Shown here one piece after another: positions 51,644 through 64,000 of a stretch of 64,000 bases of DNA. Numbering within the stretch: position 1 is the stretch's first letter; the number at the start of each line of letters is the position of its first letter. Made by a program: the position numbers and the translations under genes. Below the pieces are notes generated by a model. That model saw only the letters and a list, made by a program, of their open reading frames with translations. It did no database searches and was not told the DNA's origin. Source of the stretch: Octopus bimaculoides (taxonomy: Eukaryota); contig NC_068982.1 in NCBI RefSeq assembly GCF_001194135.2, positions 167,440,824 through 167,504,823 of the forward strand, given 5' to 3'.

Positions 51644-51672
51644 CACACACATACACACACACACACACACAC
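51540..51672. repeat. (ATCT)n plus (CA)n microsatellite; similar ATCT arrays at about 55410-55478, 59195-59270 and 63128-63193
   Basis: Read directly from the sequence. (CA)n, (GA)n, (TA)n, (AAT)n and (CAT)n arrays also occur throughout the window. Confidence 0.95.
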
Positions 51673-52142
51673 NNNNNNNNNNNNNNNNNNNNNNNNNNNN
51701 NNNNNNNNNNNNNNNNNNNNNNNNNNNNNNNNNNNNNNNNNNNNNNNNNNNNNNNNNNNNNNNNNNNNNNNNNNNNNNNNNNNNNNNNNNNNNNNNNNNN
51801 NNNNNNNNNNNNNNNNNNNNNNNNNNNNNNNNNNNNNNNNNNNNNNNNNNNNNNNNNNNNNNNNNNNNNNNNNNNNNNNNNNNNNNNNNNNNNNNNNNNN
51901 NNNNNNNNNNNNNNNNNNNNNNNNNNNNNNNNNNNNNNNNNNNNNNNNNNNNNNNNNNNNNNNNNNNNNNNNNNNNNNNNNNNNNNNNNNNNNNNNNNNN
52001 NNNNNNNNNNNNNNNNNNNNNNNNNNNNNNNNNNNNNNNNNNNNNNNNNNNNNNNNNNNNNNNNNNNNNNNNNNNNNNNNNNNNNNNNNNNNNNNNNNNN
52101 NNNNNNNNNNNNNNNNNNNNNNNNNNNNNNNNNNNNNNNNNN

Positions 52143-52173
<31 letters not shown>

Positions 52174-53786
52174 TTTTATATACGACGGGCTTCTATCAGT
52201 TTCCGTCTACCAAATCCACTCACAAGGCTTTGGTCGGCCCGAGGCTATAGTAGAAGAAAATTACCCAAGGTGCCATGCAGTAGGACTGAACCCGGGACCA
52301 TGTGGTTGGGGAACCAAGCTTCTTACTACACAGCCACTCCTGATGCGACCGTATGTGATGGACATGCGATATGGCCATGTTTAATGTATTATTGATGTAT
52401 GATGTGGCTATGTTTAATATAACTTATACATCAATGATTCGGTTATAGATGATATAACAATGAATTAGATATGTGTGCATGACAGTGTGGAGAGTCAGGC
52501 ATGGTTGTGTTCAGGCGCAGGTATAACTGTGAGGTAAGAAATTTGTTTCTCCATCACCTTGTTTCGGGTTCATCTTGTGTTATACAATAGCTCCGGGTCA
52601 ACGAATGCGTTGTGGGTTGATTTGGTAGACGGAAACAGAAAGAAGTCCGACGTAGCTACCCATATCCCCCATATATATATATATATATANNNNNNNNNNN
52701 NNNNNNNNNNNNNNNNNNNNNNNNNNNNNNNNNNNNNNNNNNNNNNNNNNNNNNNNNNNNNNNNNNNNNNNNNNNNNNNNNNNNNNNNNNNNNNNNNNNN
52801 NNNNNNNNNNNNNNNNNNNNNNNNNNNNNNNNNNNNNNNNNNNNNNNNNNNNNNNNNNNNNNNNNNNNNNNNNNNNNNNNNNNNNNNNNNNNNNNNNNNN
52901 NNNNNNNNNNNNNNNNNNNNNNNNNNNNNNNNNNNNNNNNNNNNNNNNNNNNNNNNNNNNNNNNNNNNNNNNNNNNNNNNNNNNNNNNNNNNNNNNNNNN
53001 NNNNNNNNNNNNNNNNNNNNNNNNNNNNNNNNNNNNNNNNNNNNNNNNNNNNNNNNNNNNNNNNNNNNNNNNNNNNNNNNNNNNNNNNNNNNNNNNNNNN
53101 NNNNNNNNNNNNNNNNNNNNNNNNNNNNNNNNNNNNNNNNNNNNNNNNNNNNNNNNNNNNNNNNNNNNNNNNNNNNNNNNNNNNNNNNNNNNNNNNNNNN
53201 NNNNNNNNNNNNNNNNNNNNNNNNNNNNNNNNNNNNNNNNNNNNNNNNNNNNNNNNNNNNNNNNNNNNNNNNNNNNNNNNNNNNNNNNNNNNNNNNNNNN
53301 NNNNNNNNNNTTTCTTAAAAATCACCTGTTACTTTTGTTTTAAAGTGAGAGGAGAAAGTGAAAGGTATGAACGTGTATATGAAATGGACGTGTGTGAGAG
53401 AGAGACAGAGAGTGTGTGTCACACATACATGAGAACGCACACGTTCACTCACTCACTCACTCACTCACACACATATACATACACACGTACATACAAAAAT
53501 GATGTGCGCATATATATTGATGTATGTACGTGTACATGACAACATACCCCTTCACTTACTTTCTTTTTTCTCTCTCTTCCACACTCTCTCTCTCTTTTTC
53601 TCTCTCTTTCACATACACACGTCCATGTCATATGCATGTACATACATCTTTCACTTTCTCCTCTCTTTCACTTTAAAACAAAATTAAGTAAATAAAAAAA
53701 AATTACGGAAATTAACGAACACCGGATAATGAAATCTCATTCAATTAAAAATATTCCTAATTGATTAAGATATTGTGTACGTCAAA

Positions 53787-54010
53787 GCGGTGAGCTGGCA
53801 GAAACGTTAGCACGCCGGATGAAATGCTTAACGGTATTTCGATTGTCTTTACGTTCTGAGTTCAAATGCCGCCGAGGTCGACTTTGTCTTTCATCCTTTC
53901 GGGGTCGATAAATTAAGTACCAGTTGCGTACTGGAGCCGATCTAATCGACTGGCCCAAAGATTTCTCCTCCTTCCCAAAAATTTCGGGCCTTGTGCCTAG
54001 AATAGAAAAC
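53787..54010 (+). mobile_element. SINE family A, well-preserved copy. Other copies at about 3436-3600, 4975-5300, 7260-7435, 30610-31325 (three), 39065-39265, 40140-40285, 41955-42150, 47826-48235 (two), 48840-49000 and 58980-59190
   Basis: Recurrent core GTTCTGAGTTCAAAT(T/G)CCGCCGAGGTCGACTTTG.CTTTCATCCTTTCGGGGTCGATAAA..AAGTACCAGT on both strands; B-box-like GTTC.AAT. Confidence 0.85.
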
Positions 54011-54960
54011 AATATTGCGTACGTCAAAAAGTCACCGGTTATTTTACTTAGAGAGCGCGAAAACAATGTGTGTGTATATGTCACAGATAGCGAACGTGTG
54101 TTTGTGTTGATTGACACGCCATGACATTCATTATATGTTTGTGTATTCTGTATGTGTGTATGTGTGTTGACGACATGGAAGCCATGCATTTTTTCATCAA
54201 GAAATAACAAAAATTGTGCTTGTTTAAATAGAGGTTCAGATGTCACAAAAATTTGTACTGCACTAAGAATATATATAAGTATAAAAATAAATATGTAAAA
54301 AGAATTAAGATAAAATATACTATTTCCGAGATATTTCAATTACGCACAAACATCCCTAGAGTTTTAGTATTACCAAGATATATNNNNNNNNNNNNNNNNN
54401 NNNNNNNNNNNNNNNNNNNNNNNNNNNNNNNNNNNNNNNNNNNNNNNNNNNNNNNNNNNNNNNNNNNNNNNNNNNNNNNNNNNNNNNNNNNNNNNNNNNN
54501 NNNNNNNNNNNNNNNNNNNNNNNNNNNNNNNNNNNNNNNNNNNNNNNNNNNNNNNNNNNNNNNNNNNNNNNNNNNNNNNNNNNNNNNNNNNNNNNNNNNN
54601 NNNNNNNNNNNNNNNNNNNNNNNNNNNNNNNNNNNNNNNNNNNNNNNNNNNNNNNNNNNNNNNNNNNNNNNNNNNNNNNNNNNNNNNNNNNNNNNNNNNN
54701 NNNNNNNNNNNNNNNNNNNNNNNNNNNNNNNNNNNNNNNNNNNNNNNNNNNNNNNNNNNNNNNNNNNNNNNNNNNNNNNNNNNNNNNNNNNNNNNNNNNN
54801 NNNNNNNNNNNNNNNNNNNNNNNNNNNNNNNNNNNNNNNNNNNNNNNNNNNNNNNNNNNNNNNNNNNNNNNNNNNNNNNNNNNNNNNNNNNNNNNNNNNN
54901 NNTTAAGAATAAATACTGAGGCCGAATTGTTCAGCTAAAAAAAAAAAAACTCTTAAAAAG

Positions 54961-54998
<38 letters not shown>

Positions 54999-55414
54999 TT
55001 TGAGTCTTTTCACTCATTAGACTGCAGCCATGTTACTATGCTGGGGTACGACATTGAAGAATTTTATTCGAAAGAGTCGATCTTTGACCTTGAAGTGTTC
55101 CGTCGAACATCTCAACCTCAGTTTATTCTATCGGTCACTTTTTGCAGAACTGCTAAGTTACTGGGACATAAGCACGCCAACATCGGTTGTGAAGCAGTGG
55201 TCAGGGATAAAGAAATAGTCAAACACACACACACTTGTACAGCAGGCTTCTTTCAGTTTCCGTCTACTAAAGATAATAACAAGTCATAGGTCCGCCCATA
55301 GGTCGGTTAGAGTAGAGGAGACTTTCCCAAGGTGCCACATTGTGGAACAACTCGGAACCATATGGGTTGAGAAGCAAACTTCTTACCATACACCCATGTC
55401 TGTGCCTATGTTTG

Positions 55415-55477
<63 letters not shown>

Positions 55478-55612
55478 CCTCGGGCCGACCAAAGCCTTGT
55501 GAGTGGATTTGGTAGACGGAAACTGAAAGAAGCTTGTCGTATATATATGTCTGTGTATGTGTGTGTGTTTGTGTGTGTATGTGTGTGTCACTGTGTGTGT
55601 GTCTTTGTGTCA

Positions 55613-55645
<33 letters not shown>

Positions 55646-56672
55646 CATGCATGTATGCATGTATGTATATATAGGTGTGGCTTTGTGGTCAGAAGCTTGA
55701 TTCCCAACCACATGGTTCCGGATTCAATTCCACTGCGTGGCATCTTGGACAAGTGTCTTCTACTATAGCCTCGGGCCGACCAAAGCGTTCTGAGTGAATT
55801 TGGTAGCCTGTCGTATGTATANNNNNNNNNNNNNNNNNNNNNNNNNNNNNNNNNNNNNNNNNNNNNNNNNNNNNNNNNNNNNNNNNNNNNNNNNNNNNNN
55901 NNNNNNNNNNNNNNNNNNNNNNNNNNNNNNNNNNNNNNNNNNNNNNNNNNNNNNNNNNNNNNNNNNNNNNNNNNNNNNNNNNNNNNNNNNNNNNNNNNNN
56001 NNNNNNNNNNNNNNNNNNNNNNNNNNNNNNNNNNNNNNNNNNNNNNNNNNNNNNNNNNNNNNNNNNNNNNNNNNNNNNNNNNNNNNNNNNNNNNNNNNNN
56101 NNNNNNNNNNNNNNNNNNNNNNNNNNNNNNNNNNNNNNNNNNNNNNNNNNNNNNNNNNNNNNNNNNNNNNNNNNNNNNNNNNNNNNNNNNNNNNNNNNNN
56201 NNNNNNNNNNNNNNNNNNNNNNNNNNNNNNNNNNNNNNNNNNNNNNNNNNNNNNNNNNNNNNNNNNNNNNNNNNNNNNNNNNNNNNNNNNNNNNNNNNNN
56301 NNNNNNNNNNNNNNNNNNNNNNNNNNNNNNNNNNNNNNNNNNNNNNNNNNNNNNNNNNNNNNNNNNNNNNNNNNNNNNNNNNNNNNNNNNNNNNNNNNNN
56401 NNNNNNNNNNNNNNNNNNNNNNNNNNNNNNNNNNNNNNNNNNNNNNNNNNNNNNNNNNNNNNNNNNNNNNNNNNNNNNNNNNNNNNNNNNNNNNNNNNNN
56501 NNNNNNNNNNNNNNNNNNNNNNNNNNNNNNNNNNNNNNNNNNNNNNNNNNNNNNNNNNNNNNNNNNNNNNNNNNNNNNNNNNNNNNNNNNNNNNNNNNNN
56601 NNNNNNNNNNNNNNNNNNNNNNNNNNNNNNNNNNNNNNNNNNNNNNNNNNNNNNNNNNNNNNNNNNNNNNNN

Positions 56673-56728
<56 letters not shown>

Positions 56729-57305
56729 GCTTGTGTGTGTGTGTGAGTGTGTATGTGTGAAAATAACTGATATGTTTTGTGATAAGCGAATTATTAGTGT
56801 TATGGTAATATAGATGATGGTGTCAAGATGCCGGCTATTTGGTTGCCGCTATCAATGTGTTTTTAAGGGTGTGCGTGTATGTGTGTGTGTGTGGGTGTTT
56901 TCGTTTGTGCGAGTGCATGTGCGTGTGCGCGTATGTGTGAGCATATATGGGCATGTAATGGTATGTTTCGTAGAGGAGGTTGCGCGCGTGTGCAAATGTG
57001 TTGTCAGTGACAGATGATAATATGAAAATGTTGGTTATGCAACTGCTTATGAATAAGTGTTAGTGTTGTTGTTTAATACCAGGTCAATATCGCTTCGGTA
57101 GACTTATGGTCAAAGAGTTCGAGCTGTGGTCATCCCATTTTGTTTTTAGACAATTCATCCAGTACCGTTATCAAAATATATATTTTTTTCTAGGATGGCA
57201 GGGTATAATTTCAGGGAAATTCGACTGCTTTTTCTAGCAGGCGGGGAAATCATCTACATAGATGGTCTCTCGCGTGTTGTCTTTAGATCTTTCTTCGTGT
57301 GTGTG

Positions 57306-57342
<37 letters not shown>

Positions 57343-57744
57343 GTGTATGTGTGTGTGTGTGGAGGTGTAGGTGTCTAGTTGGTTGATGATGGTGTCATGA
57401 TGGAGGTTGCGTATGCATTTGTATGTATATATTTACTTGAATGTCTGTTTGCATATGTGTTTGCACGTGCACTCGTTTGTGTGTACGTGTGTATGCGTGT
57501 GTGTATGTATGTGCATGTGTGCGCGCATGTGTGTGTGTATGTGTGTTTGTATGTGTGTATGTGTGTGTGTGTGTGTGTGTGTGCGTGTGTGAAAGAGAAA
57601 GAGAAAAAGAGGAATGGAGGCTGCGTAGTGCGGAAAACAACAGTTGTGTGGGTGTATGAATGAAATAGTGGCCGACAGGTGATAATACCAAAATGGTAGT
57701 CATGTGCATCTACCTGCCTATATATACGTATATAAGTATATATA

Positions 57745-57905
57745 CTCTTTTACTCTTTTACTTGTTTCAGTCATTTGACTATGGCCATGCTGGAGCACCG
57801 CCTTTGTGAGCAAATCGACCCCGGGACTTATTCTTTGTAAGCCTAGTATTTATTCTATCCGTCTCTTTTGCCGAACCAGCATCGGGGGACAAAGACAGAC
57901 ACACA
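57745..57905 (+). mobile_element. Interspersed repeat family C. Related copies at about 12010-12210, 55005-55235 and 61790-61975 (inverted)
   Basis: Recurrent GTTTCAGTCATTTG.CT..GGCCATGCTGG...AAGCCTAGTATTTATT. Confidence 0.7.
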
Positions 57906-57944
57906 AACACATACACACACACATATATATATATACATATATAC

Positions 57945-58103
57945 GACGGGTTTCCTTCAGTTTCCGTCTACCAAATCCACTCACAAGGCTTTGGTCGGCC
58001 CGAGGCTATAGTAGAAAACACTTGCCCAAGGTGCTACGCAGTGGGACTGAACCTGGAACCATGTGGTTGGTAAGCAAGCTACTTACCACGCAGCCACTCC
58101 TAC
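57945..58103 (-). mobile_element. SINE family B with tRNA-like head. Other copies at about 9795-9925, 12218-12378, 52183-52340, 55243-55400, 55479-55540 and 55672-55815
   Basis: Recurrent CACATGGTTC...CCCACTGCG...CTTGGGCAAGTG...GCCTCGGGCCGACCAAAGCCTTGTGAGTGGATTTGGTAGACGGAAACTG, usually ending in (TA)n. Confidence 0.85.
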
Positions 58104-59193
58104 GCCTCACCTTTACTCTTCAAAACTGTATTAAGTAATTCTCATAGACTTTCATATATNNNNNNNNNNNNNNATATACACACACACACACACACGCACA
58201 CAGACAGACAGACACACACACACACACACGCACACACTCTCTCTCTCTCTCACACATACACACACATATATATGTTAGTGTATGTGTGTGTACATGTTAT
58301 ACATGTATAGTGTGTCTTAAATGAAAGTGTGACGACTGATTTTTATCTCTGCGTGGAAGTCGGGGGATGATGATTTTAAGATGGCGGCTATACAATATCT
58401 TGTATTCGTTCTGGCTTTCTAGTTATGCGTATACTGTGATGATGCGTAGATTGTAAAGACAACAACAGTGGTGGCGATGGTGGTATTTAGAATGGTAGCA
58501 CCGTGATTATGCATACATGTGTGTTTGTATGTGTGTGTGTTTGAGTGTGTGATTGTGCGCGCGTTCGCGCGTGTTTGTGTGTATGTTTGTTATTTGCGAT
58601 GACTGAGAGTTCTAAAATGCGGGTTAGATGTGTCACTTTGTGTATATGTAAGTACTGTGTGTGCTTGTATGTGTATGTGTATGTGTGTGCGTATATATGT
58701 GTCTGTACCTGGGTGTTATGTACGTGTGTCTGTGTGTGTCTGTGTTTCTAAGCGTGAGTGTTTGCTTGTGTCTGACTCCGTGTTTACTTTCACACCACTT
58801 AGTAACAGGTGCTGTTTGTTTCTGTCTAATAACTTAGCGGTTCGACGACTGATTGTCAGTAAAATAAGTACTGGGATCGATATAAGCAACTAATACTCTT
58901 TGGCTTAAGTGAGTGAAAACCAGCGAATAGAATAAAATAATACGTCTATCTATCTAGCTATCTTATTTTTTTATTGCCCACAAGGAGTTAAACAGAGAGG
59001 GGACAAACAAGGACAGACAAAGGGATTAAGTCGTTTACATCGACCTCAGTGCGTAACTGGTACTTAATTTATCGACCCCGAAAGGATGAAAGGCAAAGTC
59101 GACCGAGGTCGACTTTGAACTCAGAACGTAACGGCAGACGAAATACCGCTAAGCATTTCGTCCGGTATGCTAATGTTTCTGCCAGCTCGCCAC

Positions 59194-59267
<74 letters not shown>

Positions 59268-60076
59268 GCCTGTCTGTCTGCCTGCTTTCTTGTCTACATG
59301 TCTGTCTCTGTATACATGTATTCATATATAGATACACATTTATACACATATATTACACATACACATATAACACACACACACACACACACACACACATGCA
59401 TATGTGTGGCGTGCGTAGTTGTGTTTGCACGTGTTTGTGCAAGTAGGTGCATTATACATATGTGTATGTGTGTGCGTGTGCGAGTGCATGTCTGTGCGCA
59501 CGCGCATGCGTACCACAAGCGAAAACAGAAGAGCTTCAGACATATTACCTTCGAATATCTTTTTTTTTTTTTACATCTTTTCATTTTCTGGATTCAAACC
59601 AAACTGGATCCATCGCCTGCTATTTCTTCGTGGTCAATGAAAAAAAACAAACAAAACAACTAAAAATAGAAAGCATCAGTAAAGTCTAATACTGTATTAA
59701 AACCATTCATTTACTTCTTCAACAGAGTTTTACTTAAGTGCTAAATGTTATCGTGTTTATTTCATTTACACGATGTGTGCAAATAAAACATCATCAATTT
59801 CGAAAACACGAGTATTTTGGAAATTTAAGGGAAATAACTATCTTTGATATGAAGTGGAGTTAATTACCTTAACGCACGCATTCGTTTTGCCATTTCTTAG
59901 CGTGACACATTCCTCAACTATACAGCGTCTTTTCACTGAGGCAGCGATATAGTTTCAATCCCTGGTGGAAACTATTTCACTTCAATAATATCTTTTTATC
60001 TCTCAGTCAACCCACGTGCAAAATGAAAATAAATTAATAGAAATAAATGGTGACGACTGAGTTAGAATAGGATATA

Positions 60077-60957
60077 CAAAATACGTTCAAAAAGTATCCG
60101 ATTTTATTTTTCCCGCCAAAACTAATGCTGGGTGGGAAATATCCTTTGAGTGGGAGGTGAAGTCACCATTCTTGTTTATGTGTGAAAATTTTCGCGCTGG
60201 TAAGGCCACGTCAGTTTCTGGCTGTTATGCCTAGAGTACAGGCGTGTAGTGCGCGTTGATCGGATTTTTGTTTCCACTCAAAATGATCGAATGCATCGAG
60301 CAAAGATCATAAACCCACGTCTCATTATCAGTCTTCATGAAGTCTGAGTCGTGGTTTGTACAATCCAGCATGTCCTGAGCGATTTCCATGCGGAGTTGCT
60401 TCTTCTGCTCTACCAGCACCTTGGGGACGAATTTCGCCGACATTCACCGCATTCACAAATCCTTCGTTGAAATAGAATGCACTGATCCTGTGCTTTGTGA
60501 GCAATTTTCTGGATTGTTATTCGACGGTTTTCCATGAGTATTCGCCGAACCTTCTCAATCGGCTCATCGTTTCGGCTTGTGGATGGCCTGCATGAGCGTA
60601 TCTCGCTCTCCACTGAGGTGCAGCCATATTTGAAGCAGTTGTACCACTCCTTGATCCGAGGTATGCTGAACCTTCTGGATGATCCGAGCCTGAGCATCAC
60701 CAAGCTTTTGGCAAAACTTGATGCAATATCTCTGCTCGATGCGTTCGGTCATCTTACGTGAAAGCGAAAATTCCGACGAGCGCGCACTATACGCCTGTAC
60801 TCTAGGCGTAACAGTCGGGAACTGACACGGCCTACCGGCGCGATCATTTTCAAGAATGCGCAAGAAGGATGGTGTCACCACACATCTAAAGAGTTTTGTC
60901 TTCGCAGTATTAATTTTGGCAAGAGAAAATAGTCTGATACTTTTTGAACGCACCTCA
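60077..60957 (-). mobile_element. Internally truncated mariner transposon with ~230-bp inverted arms
   Basis: Frameshifted transposase from ATG 60752: MTERIEQRYCIKFCQKLG, IKEWYNCFK.G.TSVESE.RS.RPSTS, SAKFVPK, ETWVY. Termini CGTTCAAAAAGTATC in inverted orientation; TA on the left flank, TG on the right. Confidence 0.9.
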
Positions 60958-61381
60958 TGGAATGTATGAATTTGCGATTTCCGCAGGTATTTAGTCCTGG
61001 AATTACCTTGTACTCTTAAATGTAAACAGATGCGATGCAGTGGTACAGTTTAGTGTTGCCAACAATGGCGAAATACCATTTAATTTGACGAGCGTTTTGT
61101 TAGTCTGCAATAATGAGTTCAAATCTTTGCTTGAACAAACTAAAGGCAGGGAAATTCCCTATAAGTTAACTCGTTCAAGGAAAGCACATGAAACCAAATT
61201 ATTTATATGTTACTCTACCGAATCCCAAGTGTTTGTGAGGTTAACTTCACAAACTTTAAGAGAGCTGTTTATGTTTTCTCAATATGTCAAGTGTAAACGA
61301 AATTGTAACAAGTACAGCTGAGCAGCAGGTAATATTGCAAGCTTAGACCATTATACACTATCAATTCCTGGCTTAAAACCA

Positions 61382-61425
<44 letters not shown>

Positions 61426-61721
61426 NNNNNNNNNNNNNNNNNNNNNNNNNNNNNNNNNNNNNNNNNNNNNNNNNNNNNNNNNNNNNNNNNNNNNNNNNNN
61501 NNNNNNNNNNNNNNNNNNNNNNNNNNNNNNNNNNNNNNNNNNNNNNNNNNNNNNNNNNNNNNNNNNNNNNNNNNNNNNNNNNNNNNNNNNNNNNNNNNNN
61601 NNNNNNNNNNNNNNNNNNNNNNNNNNNNNNNNNNNNNNNNNNNNNNNNNNNNNNNNNNNNNNNNNNNNNNNNNNNNNNNNNNNNNNNNNNNNNNNNNNNN
61701 NNNNNNNNNNNNNNNNNNNNN

Positions 61722-61786
<65 letters not shown>

Positions 61787-63127
61787 GTGTGTGTCTTTGT
61801 GTTTGTCTCCCACCACCGCTTGACAACCGGTGTTGGTTTGTTTACGTTCATGTAAACCGATAGAATAAGCACAAAGCTTAAAAAAAAGGTACTGTGGTCG
61901 ATTTGTTCATCTGAGCCCTTCAAGGCGGTACCCTAGTATGGCCGCAAAGTAATGATTGTGACAAATAAAAGATAAAAGATATATATATATACTCCAAGTT
62001 TGTCGTTTGAATAAACATTGCTGCACACATTGAGTACTTTTCTTCTGTTTGTGCACCCTCCACTCACCACACATGCATACAAACATACATACCCATGAAT
62101 CTATGCTGTGTAATTTTTGTTCATCTATGCGAAATATTTAATTAATAAATGAGAGTGAACAATGATTATGAAGTAGATACTGTTGTGGGCTCTATGTCTG
62201 TGAATTTAAAAACAAAAAACTCCATAATACGAAGACTAGACCCCAATTTATACCATATAGAGAAAATTTAATTTTACTTTTGCCACTAATACCATTTACA
62301 AAAATGGTATTTCTTGCCTTGAAAATAAAATCTACGGAGTGAATAAAAAAGAGACAAGTATATAGACGAAAATGGATTCATAATACAATTATGTGAACAG
62401 CATGGTTCCCACTCTCGGTTAAAACGATGTCATTTACGTTACTGAATGGCTTCGGGAATATTATAGATTAAAGTGAAAAGAACGAAACGAAAATAAATAC
62501 TTCTTATCCTATCTTATACACTACCCTCATCACCCCCCCCCCCAAGAAAAAGTGGGGAGGAGTGTCTGAATTTTCTTTTTGTGCAACTAACCGAAGCAGT
62601 GTTGTAAATCTATGAAAGAAACCGAAAACAAAAGATGCAGTAGTCCCTCTCCTTTGTTCAAACCGGATTAAGACTGAAATTTATCTGAGGACTTTTCTTG
62701 CAGAAGTTAGAAAGAAAATATTACGAAAAATACAAATAGAAATAAAAAGAAAGAGAGAAAAAAAAAAGGAAGAGAAGTAATAAAGAAAAAAAACCCATTG
62801 GATTTAACAAAAAAAAAACTGGGTTGGGAGACATATTTGTGTGATAAGTTTCCGAAAACGTTTACAGGGCCAAATTCAGTGCTTCAAGTTCTTATCTTAA
62901 ACGGCAAACATCCGTCCCTGGAAGCTGGCTTCTACGAAAGCATCTTATGAATTCAAGTTTCTAACTCTCGTCTTCTCTCATGGAAACAGGCGGTAATTTG
63001 CGTACGGTTTAGTCCAAAGTGGATTTATTCAAATTTAACAGGCGCTTCACAACACAGACATATAACAACTTTTCTACCTTGTAGGGTAGAGGCATTAGAA
63101 GTTTATTTCCAGTTTAAAACCCACCAG

Positions 63128-63192
<65 letters not shown>

Positions 63193-63391
63193 CTTACCTA
63201 CGTAACCGCTCTTCTTGTCTCCCTTTTATAACGTCCCTATATATTTTTTTCTCACACGTGCTAACTTCCACCATTACACCGCTTATTGCTACATTCTTAC
63301 ATGTCCTTGCATAAAAGACATAGAAATACTTAAGTATTATATATTTATATAATTATATACCCATGCCCTCTTGCGTGTGTCAATTTGCCAG

Positions 63392-63902
63392 AATTCCGTC
63401 ATTCATGAAAAAGATTTAAAAGTGTTTCTGTGGCCGTTAATGGAAATCGATCATAGAGAAGATCACATTGTATTAAAACGAGCAGTCAAAATGAATACGA
63501 ACCGTGGAGAGTACAGTGACATCCTAAGGAAGAAAAACGATAAAGAAACAGATGGAAGCAGTTCGGATAGTGATTCCAGTTCAGACTATGGTAAACGTAA
63601 AAGTCGCGTATCTTATTTAGGACCAATATTTTTGAACAGAATTAGCAGTGAAATAGGCAACTCCGAGGAACTGAACCGCTTGCGTACGACCGGTTCGCCA
63701 ACCTTGGAACAGATGGTTATGTGTGAGATACAAAACATTGGTGAGAAGTTAGACATCAAAGTGCATCCTTGGATTAACTCCGATAATGCTGACAGTGCTG
63801 ACAATGTCGACAATGCCAATAATAATAATAATAGCAGTTTCTGTGAGAATGGTAGCACTTCTTCCTATACCAGCTCTGAATCGAGTCCAACACAGCAAAG
63901 AG
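63392..63902 (+). CDS. Coding exon of an unidentified gene, Ser/Asp/Asn-rich (…MEIDHREDHIVLKRAV…SSESSPTQQR)
   Basis: Open frame of about 170 codons; tttgccag acceptor at 63390-91, in-frame ATG at 63440, AG|GTAAAA donor at 63903 (phase 1). Confidence 0.7.
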
Positions 63903-64000
63903 GTAAAAATTATGAGTTGTTTCTTACATAACTTTTCACTTATTTATGTTTCTGTTACCTTTTACATGTTTACATTTTCTTTTCTTTTTTCTTCTCATCT

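Overview
AT-rich, microsatellite- and SINE-dense eukaryotic DNA with many N gaps. The repeat families and composition suggest an Octopus-type cephalopod genome (inference). The main gene is the 3' half of an STE20-like kinase of the SLK/STK10/Drosophila Slik family on the + strand. Nine exons (15483-28441) with GT-AG borders and consistent phases join into one open frame of about 410 aa, encoding the C-terminal coiled-coil (PKK) region and ending ...VRHSTII*. The kinase exons lie upstream of the window. Downstream are two CRE+YY1-type CpG-rich promoter-like islands (~42.5 kb and ~49.7 kb) and two large + strand exons of unrecognised, low-complexity protein (50347-51340 and 63392-63902), both ending at phase-1 donors. 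Weaker exon candidates occur on the - strand. Mobile DNA includes several SINE families, RTE and Tx1/L1 LINE fragments, decayed mariners (two with fold-back architecture), two hAT-like MITEs, a GG-terminal MITE with an 8-bp TSD and a perfect telomeric-repeat palindrome, and an inverted pair of Penelope-type repeats each carrying a minimal type I hammerhead ribozyme motif. All calls were made by eye; no database searches were run, and repeat boundaries are approximate.
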